Below are positions 50,301 to 62,138 of a stretch of 64,000 nucleotides of DNA, in pieces. Position 1 is the first letter of the stretch, and each line of letters begins with the position of its first letter. This DNA is from Lepidodermella squamata. Lineage: Eukaryota; Animalia; Gastrotricha. The stretch lies in assembly GCA_047495785.1 (NCBI GenBank), contig JBLDXI010000007.1, positions 2,976,001 through 3,040,000 of the forward strand. The letters are read 5' to 3'. The notes below the pieces were generated by a model, which saw only the letters and a program-made list of their open reading frames with translations, was not told where the DNA came from and did no database searches. The translations under genes were made by a program, and so were the position numbers.

Positions 50301-51804
50301 TTATGCAGGTGGTTTCTACGCCTATGCTCCTGGAACAGGCGGACCAGCTGGCTCTTTCGCCAGCCTGGTAAGCCCCACAATACCAGGCGCATCGACTGTT
50401 TGCTTTCAGGTTTACTACAACCTTCGTGGGAGATCAGTCGGAACTTTGACCATATCAAGAAACTCAACCGTTGTCTACAGGATCCGTGCTGGCACTACTG
50501 GTTATGATTGGCGGCGCATTTCTACAACGATCAGCTCCAACTCAGCTTTCAACATCCGAATTGCGTATTCGGCTTCATCGCAATACGCTGAGCTCGGTTT
50601 GGACGACATTAGTGTTACAGACGGCCCTTGCGGCTCGAGTAAATCCATTATTTCGCTTTGTCCATAATTTTTCATAACTTCATTTAGATTCGAGCCCGAC
50701 AACCAATTCATCATCTATTAATTCATATCAAATGCAAAGCGGCTTTGCGGTATACCAACACTGTGTGGCCAACTACACCGGCTTAACTTACGTTGCGTGC
50801 CTGCAACTCTGCCGATCTAATGGAACATGCAGATCCTTCAATTTCGACACCAGCACTGGTCTCTGCCAGCTCAATGACCGCGTTCCGGAATCTAATCCCT
50901 GGAACTTCAACACCGCACCGGCAAGTGTTTCCATCACCAGGGTTGCCTCGGCATTTTCGCAGCTGGAAACTGTAAGCTGTTTCACGGCAGAAATTTGTTT
51001 GAGGGAAAACATACTTTGTCTTAACAGAGATTGCGTCACATTTGCTCCCTTGATTCAACGCGGTGCACTTTGACCAGGAATTGTATGGTCATGCCACATA
51101 CGGATATGTATGTCTGCAGATGTTTAGAACCCGAACAGAGCTGTTACATGCCTCGGGACTGCACTAGCCTGTTCACCAATGGCTATCGTGCTAGTGGAAC
51201 CTATCTTATCCAGCCAGCACTAACTTCAATTGCAACCATGACTTACTGCGAAATGGATAATGTAAATAACAAGGGCTGGACTGTTTTGGCCAATCGAAAT
51301 AATGGGATCACAAGGTTCAGCAATCGCCGCCTTGATGAGTACCAACAGTTCTTCGGTAATCCGAACGGGGAGTATTGGCTGGGTTTGGACACCATGTCCC
51401 AACTGACAAGCCAATTCAACTATACCTATGCATTTGATGGGAGCATTGGTGTTGGATCGTTTCCTTCGATCTCTGGTGGTCCAAGTCAGTCGCTGAAAAT
51501 CTCACCAGCCAACGACAACTACCGCATCGGTCTGACAGCGACTGGCACAATGGCCGCTACCATGAATAATCAAATATTCTTGGCTAAAGACTCCCCGCCA
51601 TCCGCAAATTCAGCCTGCCTGGCATCGTATGCCTACTCAGGCTGGTGGTACGCTGCCTCGCCTACCTGCATCAATGGGTTGCTCACCGGGCCCTACCGTC
51701 CGGGTGAAGCCCTGTCGACGGGGAAGTTCGGCATGTACGCCAATGATTTCAACAACACAGCAGTGGGCTTGTCGGCCATGCGATGGCGAATCACCCGTCA
51801 GTAA
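29318..51804 (+). CDS. Large secreted multidomain lectin-like protein: SP-CUB-CUB-LamG/pentraxin-like x3-MAM-CTL-MAM x4-PAN-EGF-like-fibrinogen C; one apparent frameshift near 33465
   Basis: CUB (GYIQSDRYPNYY..C; GVLTSPFFPDPYPTNVQC), LamG (GWWPLDG..DDISGN), MAM (CDFD..CGW..D.GDW; IAIDDV), CTL (CPKGWIQFGRKCY; WASGQP), PAN (CLQLC..CRSFNF..CQLND), FBG (PRDC..SGTYLI..FGNPNGEYWLGLD..GWWY). Exons approximately 29318-29620, 29674-30193, 30246-32444/32465, 32507-32757, 32807-32897, 32951-33202, 33259-33537, 33581-33614, 48671-50638, 50688-50971, 51028-51804. Confidence 0.8.
33866..33893. other. Perfect 11-bp GC-rich hairpin near the left end of the Helitron-like element
   Basis: GCCTCTCCCCC-tagcgt-GGGGGAGAGGC. 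Confidence 0.8.
34027..34108 (+). ncRNA. tRNA-derived RNA polymerase III unit (A box, B box, oligo-T terminator); not a canonical tRNA
   Basis: A box TGGCTTAGTGG at 34034-34044, B box GGTTCAAATCC at 34078-34088, GCGT/ACGC terminal pairing, then TTTTT and (TTTTTA)n; no good anticodon stem. Confidence 0.65.
36389..48163 (+). CDS. Spliced RepHel-type polyprotein: RanBP2/NZF Zn finger - OTU protease - Cys-rich regions - HUH Rep - PIF1-like helicase - GIY-YIG nuclease
   Basis: CSICSIPNFNARTHCARC; OTU RGDCQFYAV, WGD, HYQAL; Rep YFYTVTAND, RIEFQ..GNKCHVH, YLVKY; helicase GPPGCGKT, FEEIGL, GDYCQLMP, RKQYPF..ATTHRVMG, AQFLVMMSR; GIY-YIG GVVY..YIGQT..RLGEHN..ME. The GT-AG junctions I checked from 37614 to 48163 keep the frame open; the small 5' exons are less certain. 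Confidence 0.85.
48416..48440. other. GC-rich hairpin near the right end of the Helitron-like element (candidate 3' termination hairpin)
   Basis: TCTCCCCTACT-tgc-AGGAGGGGAGA (10/11 pairs), about 250 nt after the RepHel stop. Confidence 0.7.
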
Positions 51805-53512
51805 TTTGCTGACCATTTCATGACTGATAACGTCTTGTGAAGCTGATTCATAGAATACCGTAAACACCGAATTACCGAGGTTATGATGTATTGAAGCTTG
51901 ACTCTGGTTTGCATTTATCTTGAATTCTTAATCCCGCGCCCAATTTTAAGGTGTGCACATAGACATAATTTAAGATAGACTGACTACTCACGAGAAAACA
52001 GCGGAACACCATGGGTCGCAGATGTTCAGCTGAATCATGAAAAAAGGTCCGAATTTCGGTGGGAAAGTAAACAAAGAAGTTGATTTTTCTATTAGGCGAT
52101 GTTTGAAACTGTTGTCTATTGAGCTTTGTCTACTTATGCCAAGACTTGTCTTTTATTTGGAATCCTAAAATATTACAAAATAGTTACTTGAGTTCGAATC
52201 ACTGATGCCGGACGACTGTCTTTTACGGAACACACTGACCCGGTCTTATCTGTTGTATCATTGTGGAACCGCTGGTAAATTGAACTGTGGCGCGCACGCT
52301 GATTAGTCAATTTATCGTTGCTAATGACTCCGGAATGAAACAATTTAGTCGTGCGATCCACTAATAAATGATTTTATATTTATGCAAAAAATGACCTTGC
52401 CACACCCTCTGCACGGTTTCCATTGACCACGAGCGTAAACTCCATATTAATGGTGGTAAACTGCTGCGGCAAAAAACACTTGTTGCAAAAAATCTTATGG
52501 ATCGCACGACCAACATGTTTCATCCGGGAGTCATAGCAACGATCGATTGACCAATCAGCGTGCGCATTAGATTGGACTTTTAAGTGGTCACACAATGTGT
52601 AGAATTCTGTCTGTAGAAGAGTTCTTCTTCACTATTTCTTCAGACCAATAGTCTACGCAAATTCTGAAAGTTTAAGAGTTGGTCATACTTAAATTGACTT
52701 GAAGCTTTTTCATCAGTTCCGCTGTTGCTTCTGAGCAGCTTGAGAGATATGTTGCAGCTTAAATAAATTAAAATCACGTTTGAAAATTCGGTCTTCAAAA
52801 TTTGTTAATCAGCATCTGAAATTTATGAAGATGGAGAATAAAATGTTCCATTAGGCTTCAATTATTTCTCAGCAGACTCTTGATATAAAAGGGAGTTTCC
52901 TAGTATATTATGGACCTTCGGTTCGTACTGTTAAAATCAGCTGCATAAAAAACAGATACCTTTCCTGTCCTATAATCTGAACTTGTCCTGCAATTATATG
53001 TTGTTTTCCTTAACACTGTCAAGCTGCCCTCTCTTGGGCGTATGAGCTTTCAAATAAAATAAATAAATAACCACAGAAATCTAGAATTGGCGGCTCGTTC
53101 GAACGTCTAACAGAAGAAAACTGAATTAGTTTGAACCCCGTTGTAGTTTAAAGTCGCCAAAACGGACATGCCCTAAAGGGAACATTTCCTTTAAATATTC
53201 GGAAGATAGAATTCATTTTAAAGCCTGTTTACTGACTGCTGTTCATTTGCTTGAACGTAACTTTACAACTACTTTGGAGTGATACGGCCATGGGCGCCAG
53301 ATGATCAGCTGATTCATCAGCGCTTGGTGGTAAAGCAAACAATTCTCTCTCCTCGTGAGTACCAAGGCAGTCCATACTCAATCATTTCCATGAGAGTGTT
53401 TGTAATGTTATGCGCGAGAAACGAGTGGTTGTCAATATGGCACCTTAGCGTACCAGAATAAAGTAGCAACATAGCAGTAAAGCTAAAGACTTGACTTCTA
53501 ACTATCACAATC

Positions 53513-55177
53513 ATGACTCCGGTCGACCACGCTGGAATGCCATGCCGTGCTGTTGACGGCCCTAGCCCTTGCAAAATCGAGTCGATCGATTTTCTGGAAT
53601 CGATTTCAGACGAGTTGCGCCACATTGCCAGTGTAACATATTATGAATCAGCGCATCAACATCTCGTCGCAGAATACGTCCACGATCCTAAATCGAAGCA
53701 TCAAGGTGACGAATGTGTCCAGTCTTGTTATCCAATTTTACCAGAAGAGGTCTTCGGCCGCTTTCACGTGGTTCTGAGTGAGGATTACCGCGACAGCGAA
53801 GCTGTTGAGGCTTTATTGAGAAAAGTCATGGAACCGTGGTACTCTTACAGCTACGGTTCCGTGCCGGAATTTCTAGCTCTCGATGCCTTGGCTTTATACC
53901 TCTCTGCTTGTATCGATGAACCAAATGATTTCAGCGCTGTTTACTCGGCGAAGCAGAAATTCATCCCGCGTTGTTTCGCATCTCGTCTCCTTGAGGTGGC
54001 TCTTGATTTTCAAAATGGCAGCCTATACGAACACCCAGACGAAGAATCGGGATACGACTATCACGTTGCTTATTCGATAGCATACGATCTACTCCAAAGT
54101 GGCGTCAAATCTGCGAGCTGTGAAGATGTTGCCAGTATGTTTATACTTTGCATATACATTTTCATTACTGAAACAGAAGTCGAGACAGTTGGGGAGTAAG
54201 AAATGTATAAGAGAAAAATCAAGAAAATAAAGCCTAACAGTTTAGGAACTGCAGAATCTGTTTAGCAGAATATTTTATACCAAAAATAAGCTTTTCCCGA
54301 TAAGCCCTGTTGATAACAGGTCGTTAAAAAGGTTCAGAAATTGTCTTTGTAGAGATTTCCAGATGGCAATAGCGAATGAACCCTTGGAGCTAATTTCCCA
54401 TGATTTTCAAGATCAGTTGAAGACTATTTTATACCGTACCGTTTCCTAGGCTTGGTTTTCGATGTTTACGAGCGTTTCGAGCCTAGATGGCGAAATTTTC
54501 CTGGGGAGACTGAAGAAATTGTTAACCTTATCGACTTGATGATGGAAGTATCTTCATCGAAAACGCCCAGACCCGAAGATCAGCTAACCTTCGAAGAATC
54601 CCTCAGTTACATGTTCCCAGCTGTCGCTTACTGCCCAGCTATCATGGCAAGATTCACGCAGAAATCTCCAACCTGGATAATCAGCTTCTTCGCCCCGTTT
54701 TTGTTCACGGAAGAAGAACCGGGTGGTTTCGAAGCTAGATGCCTGCCGATATTGAAGTTTCTGTGCTTACCCCTGCTGCGCGCTGGTTATCGAAGTAACG
54801 AAAGTTTTTCGGATCCCAATGTCGTCCAGCAAGTCATGAATCACTGTGCTTTGTTGGAAAGTGAAGCCATAATTACCTATATCAGCTACGCTTTTCAACT
54901 TATTCAACTTGGCGGTTTTCGAATGGGCGTTTTAGCGGAATATAGAGATACCTTTGAAGATATTCGCAAGGGTTCTTCGGACGTTCTGCTTCTTATTGGT
55001 TCATGTTACCCGTTGAGCCTTCAAAATTTGGCTCGCAGGGCTTTCTTACACACTTTGCCTAAAGGCTTGGAATTGCGTCGAAGTTGCATTGAAAAGTTGG
55101 ATACTACCAAGCGTTTGAAGGAATATCTCAACTTCTGTGATCTCGATTTCGAACCGAACTTCAATTTTTACGAGTAA
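53513..55177 (+). CDS. SOCS-box family copy 11 (exons 53513-54134, 54450-55177)
   Basis: A|GTATGT donor, CCTAG acceptor; YPLSLQNLARRAFLHTLPKGLELRRSCIEKLDTTKRLKEYLNF (the LP of the cullin box is replaced by TT). Confidence 0.85.
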
Positions 55178-55827
55178 TAAAACCAGTGATGCAGTGATTT
55201 TACTGATTTTATCCATCTAAATTATACATGAAGAAAAAGCGTCTTTTGGGCTTAAACCACCAGTTATCGCAATGCCTAATTTTTTCCCAACGAAGACCAG
55301 TTTGCGAAGGAAGAAATTTGTCGCGAAAAATAAGTTGTAAATTAAATCTTTAAAATTTGCAAAGAATCGATTTGTGAACTTATCCATTTTTGCTAGCCTT
55401 TTCGAGAACCTTTTCCAGCTTTTTCAAGGGGTATTTTTTTATCGGAACCAAAATCTTAAATTAATTAATTCGCCCAAAAAATCGGTACCACAAAAATCGG
55501 GAGAGAAATCGATGAAGCCTATGTGAGCAAGATTTCGTCTGAAAAGTTTTGACCCACCATGAATTTATCCTAGATTTGTTCCCATCAATTCATGAAATAA
55601 TTTTCCACGTGTACTTACGCGTCAGATGAAAATTATCTAGTTCGCGTGCCAATTACTGAATGAAGGGCGTGATTCTTCTTCCACTTTGATACTATCTTTG
55701 ATACTAATTGTGTCATTTTGAACTCCTGTTATAAGTTTTCCATCAGTTTTTTTCCAGGTTAATCGATTATGATCATTTCACACTGAATATTCTAGATTTT
55801 CAATTTCATTTAGGCGAATTTGATTCG

Positions 55828-57272
55828 ATGGCTAATTCATCTAGAAACATCCATCAATTTTGCTCCAGAAATAGCTCTGGACTTTGCCCGCTAGAATCGC
55901 CGGATTTTCATGGAGAAATCGTCAACCTTCTAGTCCAACTGGTCGATTCATGTGCGAAACGTATCCCCTTGAGGAGAAACGCCGTGAAAGTAACAAAAAC
56001 GGCTGGCAGAGACAGCATGATGCTGATTCCTACTCATTTATCCGAAGGTTTTGTCGTCGATTTCAAGCCGTTCAATTCGAACAAACGGGCTGAATTTGTC
56101 CGTATCCTGCTGAAGCATAGCATTGAAGTTCTGAAAGAGCAAGAAAAAACCGAGGAAATCGAAGAATTCCGCCCGATTCACGCGTTCATCTTATATCTGG
56201 CGGTTTCACTCGGGAGGACGAGGGAATTTTCGGAATATTTCGAGAAATTTCTCGACTTCATCCCGCGTTGTTTCGTTCGACTATTGCTGTTTTCTGCCGT
56301 GGAGCCGCGTTATTCGAACAAAATCATATGCCGACCAGTTGACGAATCGATCAAAGCTGCGATAGCGCTGATTTTGTTAGACAACGGAGTATCCTTGAAT
56401 CAAAATTTTGATTGTTAGTTAGAATTTTTCATTTTTTACAATTTTTGCAATTTTTCATAAAAATTTCATTGTTTATTTTTTTATTTTATTTTTGGAATTT
56501 TTGAAATTTCTCCAAATTTTTACCAGATGCGATTTTGAAGCTGTGCGAAGGTTTAAAATATCCTGCAAAATCTGCTACGGATCATCTGGAAAAAAATCGA
56601 TTATTGAAATTACTCGTTTCGAAATCGTCGTTGGCTGACCTTGATCGCATTGCTAGTCAAAATTTCGTTAACATCGGCCATTACTTGGAAACAGTTTGCT
56701 TCAACGCTTATTATATGGATATTATTTGCAAGGCGACAGGATCGAATTTTGCGGAATTTTTCGACTATTTTCAAAATTTCCAGCCCGCTGCGTTGATGCC
56801 ACATTTATCTGAAAAATTGATCGACTGGTCGCTGAAAATTCAAATTTTACCCAAGCTGCGATCTGGCGCTACAGCACTTTATTGCTCGAATTATCCGTAT
56901 TTTTCAAGCTCATGTTCGGGCAAATTTCTCGAATTATTGAACACTATCAACAACTATCCCGATATTCAGAAGCGATTCGCTGTTTTCACGCTTCAGTTTT
57001 TCAATTTCGAGAGCTTGATGTTGGAAATTCGGCCATCTTCAAATGGGAGAATTTGCGAGATGATGCTAGGATTGTACCCGTTTTCGCTTCAAAGCGCCGC
57101 TCGGCTTGCTGTTCTGAAACGACTGCCCTGTGGCCTGGAAGATCGTGCGAAAGCGATCAAAGGTTTGCAGCTTCCAAAAATTTTGCAGCAGCTGTTGAAC
57201 TATGAGGATTTGGATTTTTACCTCGATCCTGTTCTGCAGGAGAAATTCGCCAAAAAAATGCCCAGTATTTGA
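55828..57272 (+). CDS. SOCS-box family copy 12 (exons 55828-56413, 56527-57272)
   Basis: T|GTTAGT donor, ACCAG acceptor; YPFSLQSAARLAVLKRLPCGLEDRAKAIKGLQLPKILQQLLNY. Confidence 0.88.
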
Positions 57273-58045
57273 TCGACAGTGTTATTATCTTTTTTCTAAT
57301 TTTTCGTCGACATTTTGAACCAAAATTGTGATATCTTGTTCGCGCTAAAATATCTCAATAAAAAATGAAAAATGAAAATAAAATAAAATTCCTGCCGATT
57401 TTAAAATGACCGTCGTCAAATGAAAAATGGGAGTTGCCGATGATCTGCATCTCAAAAAGTGGGCTGACTTAAAGAAGGACGATTATGAATTCCATGATGC
57501 TTCTAGTCAGTTTTTTTTTACAAATTTCGATTTTTTTAATTCCATACATTTTGGATGCTGCCTTCCTCCATCCTACTTATAATGCGGGGAACTCCGCACA
57601 GCGTAGCCGGAAGTTCAGGTTAATATGCAAGCTGGAGTATAAATCGTAGACTAACCGCTGATATAGCAGAAAATATCGTAAATTTTGAAATATTTCGAAA
57701 ATCTCGGAAGTTCTTTGAAAAGGTCCAAACTTGAACAATGTTATATAAATCTTTAAAGTTCACGATGAATATGCTCTGATGAATATCTGAATATTCTCGC
57801 TCTATATTTTCTGATTCAAGTTTATTATTAAAACTATTTATTGATAGTAATTTTAGAGGCTTTCAATATCGGCTTTCTTTTCTTGTCCACTATCTTTACT
57901 ACGGTCGACCCATAAAATTGCAGACTTCATATGATCAGCTCGCGGTAATCAAAATTGCCTAGAAACCATGCGGAAATCGGGCGCTTGCCTTTGCTGCGCG
58001 CACACCTACGACGCCCGCTTGAAATGAGCAGTCATCGCTGCGACA

Positions 58046-58119
58046 ATTTATTATGGTATATTGTTCTTTTATATTTTTGTGACTGATGGACAAATAAATT
58101 TGAATTTACAATTTACAAG
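58046..58119 (+). mobile_element. Very short 5'-truncated retroelement-like insertion with candidate 7-bp TSD
   Basis: Matches 35-105; TGCGACA flanks both sides (58039-58045, 58120-58126). Confidence 0.6.
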
Positions 58120-58824
58120 TGCGACACGGCGCGAGGCTGTGACCGTGCGGCACTTTCGCGTGCGACTGTCGTGCGTGACAGTGCGCTCGTGACGCAAAAT
58201 GTCGCGGCCGTCGCAGTGCGACTAAATACACTCCCATTAATTAGGAAAAAAATAATTATCCCGCAGAAACTCATACAGTAGTTAACCTCCTTAACCTCTA
58301 ATTGCGCATTATTAAGACTGTTTTAGTGGGATTGAGAAAAGTGTAACATTGCACGTGAACTCTCAAGACGCACCTGTTGCCGATAGCAGAAGTCCTATTA
58401 CTTTTTCCAGCGAGTAAACCTGAGTCATCAGACGTTTATTTCTGATGTAAATAGAATCGACCCTTTTTATTGACTCATGAAATGATTGCTCATGACAATG
58501 AATTTTGCGATCAGTTGGCTACTTGCCCGTTATCTCGGCTTGACTTTCGTGACAATTTATTGGACTATTTCCTCCACCCATAATTTTCTAACCATCGAAA
58601 CCGTGGAAATAATTCTTTGTGCGTAAAAATGAATGATGTTTGAGTTCGACATTATACACACATCAGTCATCTTTAATTCACATGCCAATTATTGAATGAA
58701 ATACTACAGTATTTTCCCAGTACATATAAAGGCGAGCCTATTAGCCCATCTATCTATAATATGAATTTCGACCGAATCGACAAATTTTTTTGCTCTAAAT
58801 TTGCATCTAGTGAGGCTATATTAA

Positions 58825-60410
58825 ATGGCTAACAGCATTCACCAATTTTGCGAGAAGGGTGATTCTGGAATGTGCCAGCTCGAATCGCCTCATTTCCACC
58901 AAGAAGTTGTCGACCTTCTAAAACAGTTAGTCAATACCTGTGCCAGACGCATTCCGCTGAAGAAAAACGCCGTGAAAGTTACAAAAACGGCCGGAGAAGA
59001 CAGCATGATGTTGATCCCTACTAACATCTCGAACGGTTTCCTCGTCGATTTCAAGCCGTTCAACTCGAACAAACGGACTGAATTTGTTCGAATCATGCTC
59101 AAGCATAGCATTGAAGTTCTGAAAGAGCAAGAAAAGACGGATGAAATCGAAGAATTCCGCCCGATTCACGCGTTCATCCTATACCTAGCCGTTACATTCG
59201 GCAACACTAGTGTATTTTCGGAGAATTTCGAGAAATTTCGCGATTTCATCCCGCATTGTTTTACTCGACTTTTGCTGTTCTCTGCCGTTGAGCCGCGTTA
59301 CTTGGACAAGAAAATGTGCAATTCAGTTAACGACACGATCAAAGTTTCTATTGCATTGATGCTCATCGACCATGGACTAAACTTGGAGGCGACATTCGAT
59401 TGTAAGTCTTGGCCGATTTTTTTCATCATACTTTACTTCAACCAAATTTAAAAATTTAATTCATTTTTTTATTTTTAACCGTTCATTTTAAAATTTTAAA
59501 ATTTCAATTGTATTCCATTTTTAATAATTTTATTTCTAATTAATATCAGCAATTTAATATAATTTTTTAATAATCATGAAAACTTCAAAAATGCACTGAA
59601 ATTTCTAAAAACAATTGTCTCTTGTTCGCAGAATTTAATATATTTTTTTATATTTTCATTTTTCCATAAAAAATAGATGCGATTTTCAAACTGTGCGCAG
59701 GTTTGAAATATCCCTCGAAATGTGCTGGCGACGACCTTGAAAAAATTCGGCTATTGAAATTGCTTCTCGCTAAATCTCCGTTGGTGGATCTTGAAAGACT
59801 TTATAGACTGAACCATTTTGCTGTTGGACTTTATTTGGAGACAGTTTGCTTCAATGCCGAATATCTGAATATTGCTTGCAAGGCGATTGGGTCGAAAAAA
59901 CTCCCGGAATTTTTCGACTACTTCGAATTATTCCATGGCGCTGTTATGGTGCCACATTTAGCTGACAAAATTATTGATGGGTCCATGAAAATGAACCTTT
60001 TGCCCAAGTTGCGATCAGGAGCGATAGCTCTATATTGCTCGAATTACCCGTACTTTTCAAGCTCGTGCTCGGGGAAATTCGTTGAAATTTTGAACACTAT
60101 CAACAGCTATCCCGATATTCAGAAGCGATTCGCCATTTTCACGCTTCAATTTTTCAATTTCGAGAGCCTCATGTTGGAAATTCGACCATCTTCAAATGGG
60201 AAATTTCGCGATATGATGTTAGGATTGTACCCGTTTTCGCTTCAAAGCGCTGCTCGTCGCGCTATTCTGAAGAAATTACCTCATGGATTAGAAGAGCGAG
60301 CGAAAGCGATCGAAGATTTGCAACTTCCGAAAACGGTGTGCAAGATATTGAATTACGATGACCTGGACTTCGAATGTGATCCTGCCCTCTTTGCCAACTC
60401 GCGCCGATGA
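58825..60410 (+). CDS. SOCS-box family copy 13 (exons 58825-59401, 59677-60410); close paralog of copy 12
   Basis: T|GTAAGT donor, ATAG acceptor; YPFSLQSAARRAILKKLPHGLEERAKAIEDLQLPKTVCKILNY. Confidence 0.88.
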
Positions 60411-60850
60411 GTTTTTTGTGACTCGTGACAGTACTATACCCTTTTTTCTCGATTTATGAATAGCAATAAATCACGTTTTATTTTTTCTCGTAATTCTTAT
60501 TGAATACATACATTTTTCATAGGTTTATTGAAAGTGCTGCGCCTCTTATGCTCCTAAAATGCTGAGAAAATGTGCTTGAATGCTGGAAAATAAACTGTGA
60601 AGATCATCTGTTTGATGATGTTTCATCTTAAAAATTGGTCCAAATATTTGCACCACTAGAAATGAGGTTCCAGCACTAAATTTAAGCGTCCTGGCCCTAA
60701 ATTTTTCAGTTTCTTTGCGATTACGGTGTTTTCGTGTTTTGATCAATGCTGATGCCCTCCGTGAACCTAGGCTTTTTTATTTTGCTACCTGGCCCCATGA
60801 GCTACGTTGAAAATTATCCATGTTGGGCTGATATCGGGAAAATCTTTGAT

Positions 60851-61093
60851 TTGTAAAATCGATACTTGGAATCGATATCTGCTCTATAACATTATGTATA
60901 ATTCGTAAACTGACCACTCATAGCGCGAAATACGCGTAATATGGAGGTCTATCGGTTAGGCATGGTAACAAAAAATTTGAGATTCCAGTGAAGACTAGAA
61001 ATCTGAAAAAACAATAAATAGGGGAAATGTAGGGCTGGAGTCTCAAATTTAGTCCTGAAACCATAGATTTAGGGTGCGCACTTGGCACATCCA
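60851..61093 (+). repeat. Dispersed repeat (copy of 16220-16460)
   Basis: Colinear similarity to the intronic repeat in copy 4. Confidence 0.7.
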
Positions 61094-61734
61094 TCTAATA
61101 TGCCCGAACTGTGGCAGCTCATCAAACTATTTTCACAGCCGGTAAAGAATTGCGGCCGGCTATTAGGCCCCTTTCCAGCCGCAATTTCACTTTAATCCTG
61201 ATCCGGCCGCTGGCAATAATAAAACAGAAACTTTCCGGCCGCAAACCTCTTGAAGCAAAAAATGAAGGTTCGGAGTATTTTTAAGCGAACGATCAGTTTG
61301 TAAATTTGATTTTTTGGGTGTTACCCTACTTGGAAGTGAAAATTTAAGCATGGTGTAATTTCATCCACTTTTCACGGCTTCAGTTTTCCCAGCATAAAAT
61401 TAGGTAATAGAGGAGTTTTAAAGCTGAAATCGATGTATTAGAACCTGACTGGTTATGAAAATCCACATTTGTAAGCGCGTGGATCTCCGGAATTTCGTAA
61501 AAATCGTGTGCGATTTGCTAATTTTTGGTTATTCTTGCTTTCTGGTTTTCAGGGCATAAGAACTTACAAAAAATGGTATAAATCGGGTATAAATCGATGA
61601 ATTCAATCGCCCAAAAATCCAATTTCGCATTTTTGGATTATTATTGTTTTCCATATTATTTTTTTTTTATTTGTTACGCAACTTATGCGTATTATCGTAA
61701 CTATTTGTTTTGACAATTTTTAAATCTGGTCCTG

Positions 61735-62034
61735 CGGTTCTATGTCAATGGAGCAAACGAAAATTGAGCAAAATGACTTTTGAGCAAAACGAGATTAGAG
61801 CAAAACGACACGAGAGCAAATTTTATTTAAAATAAACAACAGCTGCAATTAATTATAAAATTTGCTCTCGTGTCGTTTTGCTCTAATCTCGTTTTGCTCA
61901 AAAGTCATTTTGCTCTAATTTCGTTTGCTCAGAAGTCGTTTTGCTCTAATTTCGTTTGCTCTAATATCGTTGCTCAAAAGCCCTTGCTCTATTTTCGTTG
62001 CTCAATTTTCGTTTCCTCAATTGACATAGAACCG
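61735..62034. mobile_element. MITE with CGGTTC termini, internal GAGCAAAAC-like repeats and 6-bp TSD
   Basis: CGGTTCTATGTCAAT...ATTGACATAGAACCG TIRs; GTCCTG at 61729-61734 and 62035-62040. Confidence 0.9.
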
Positions 62035-62138
62035 GTCCTGCTCGTGTTTCCTTTTTATTATTTAATCGAATTTGACCCCTTTTAAGAAACTATTTTCTGC
62101 TAGATACCTAGTTTTTTTCATTTTTAGAATTTATCTTC

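Noticed and set aside
61735-62034. CRISPR-like array (periodic GAGCAAAAC repeats)
   Set aside because: Eukaryotic context; the repeats are short, inverted about the centre and bounded by TIR/TSD, with no unique spacers.
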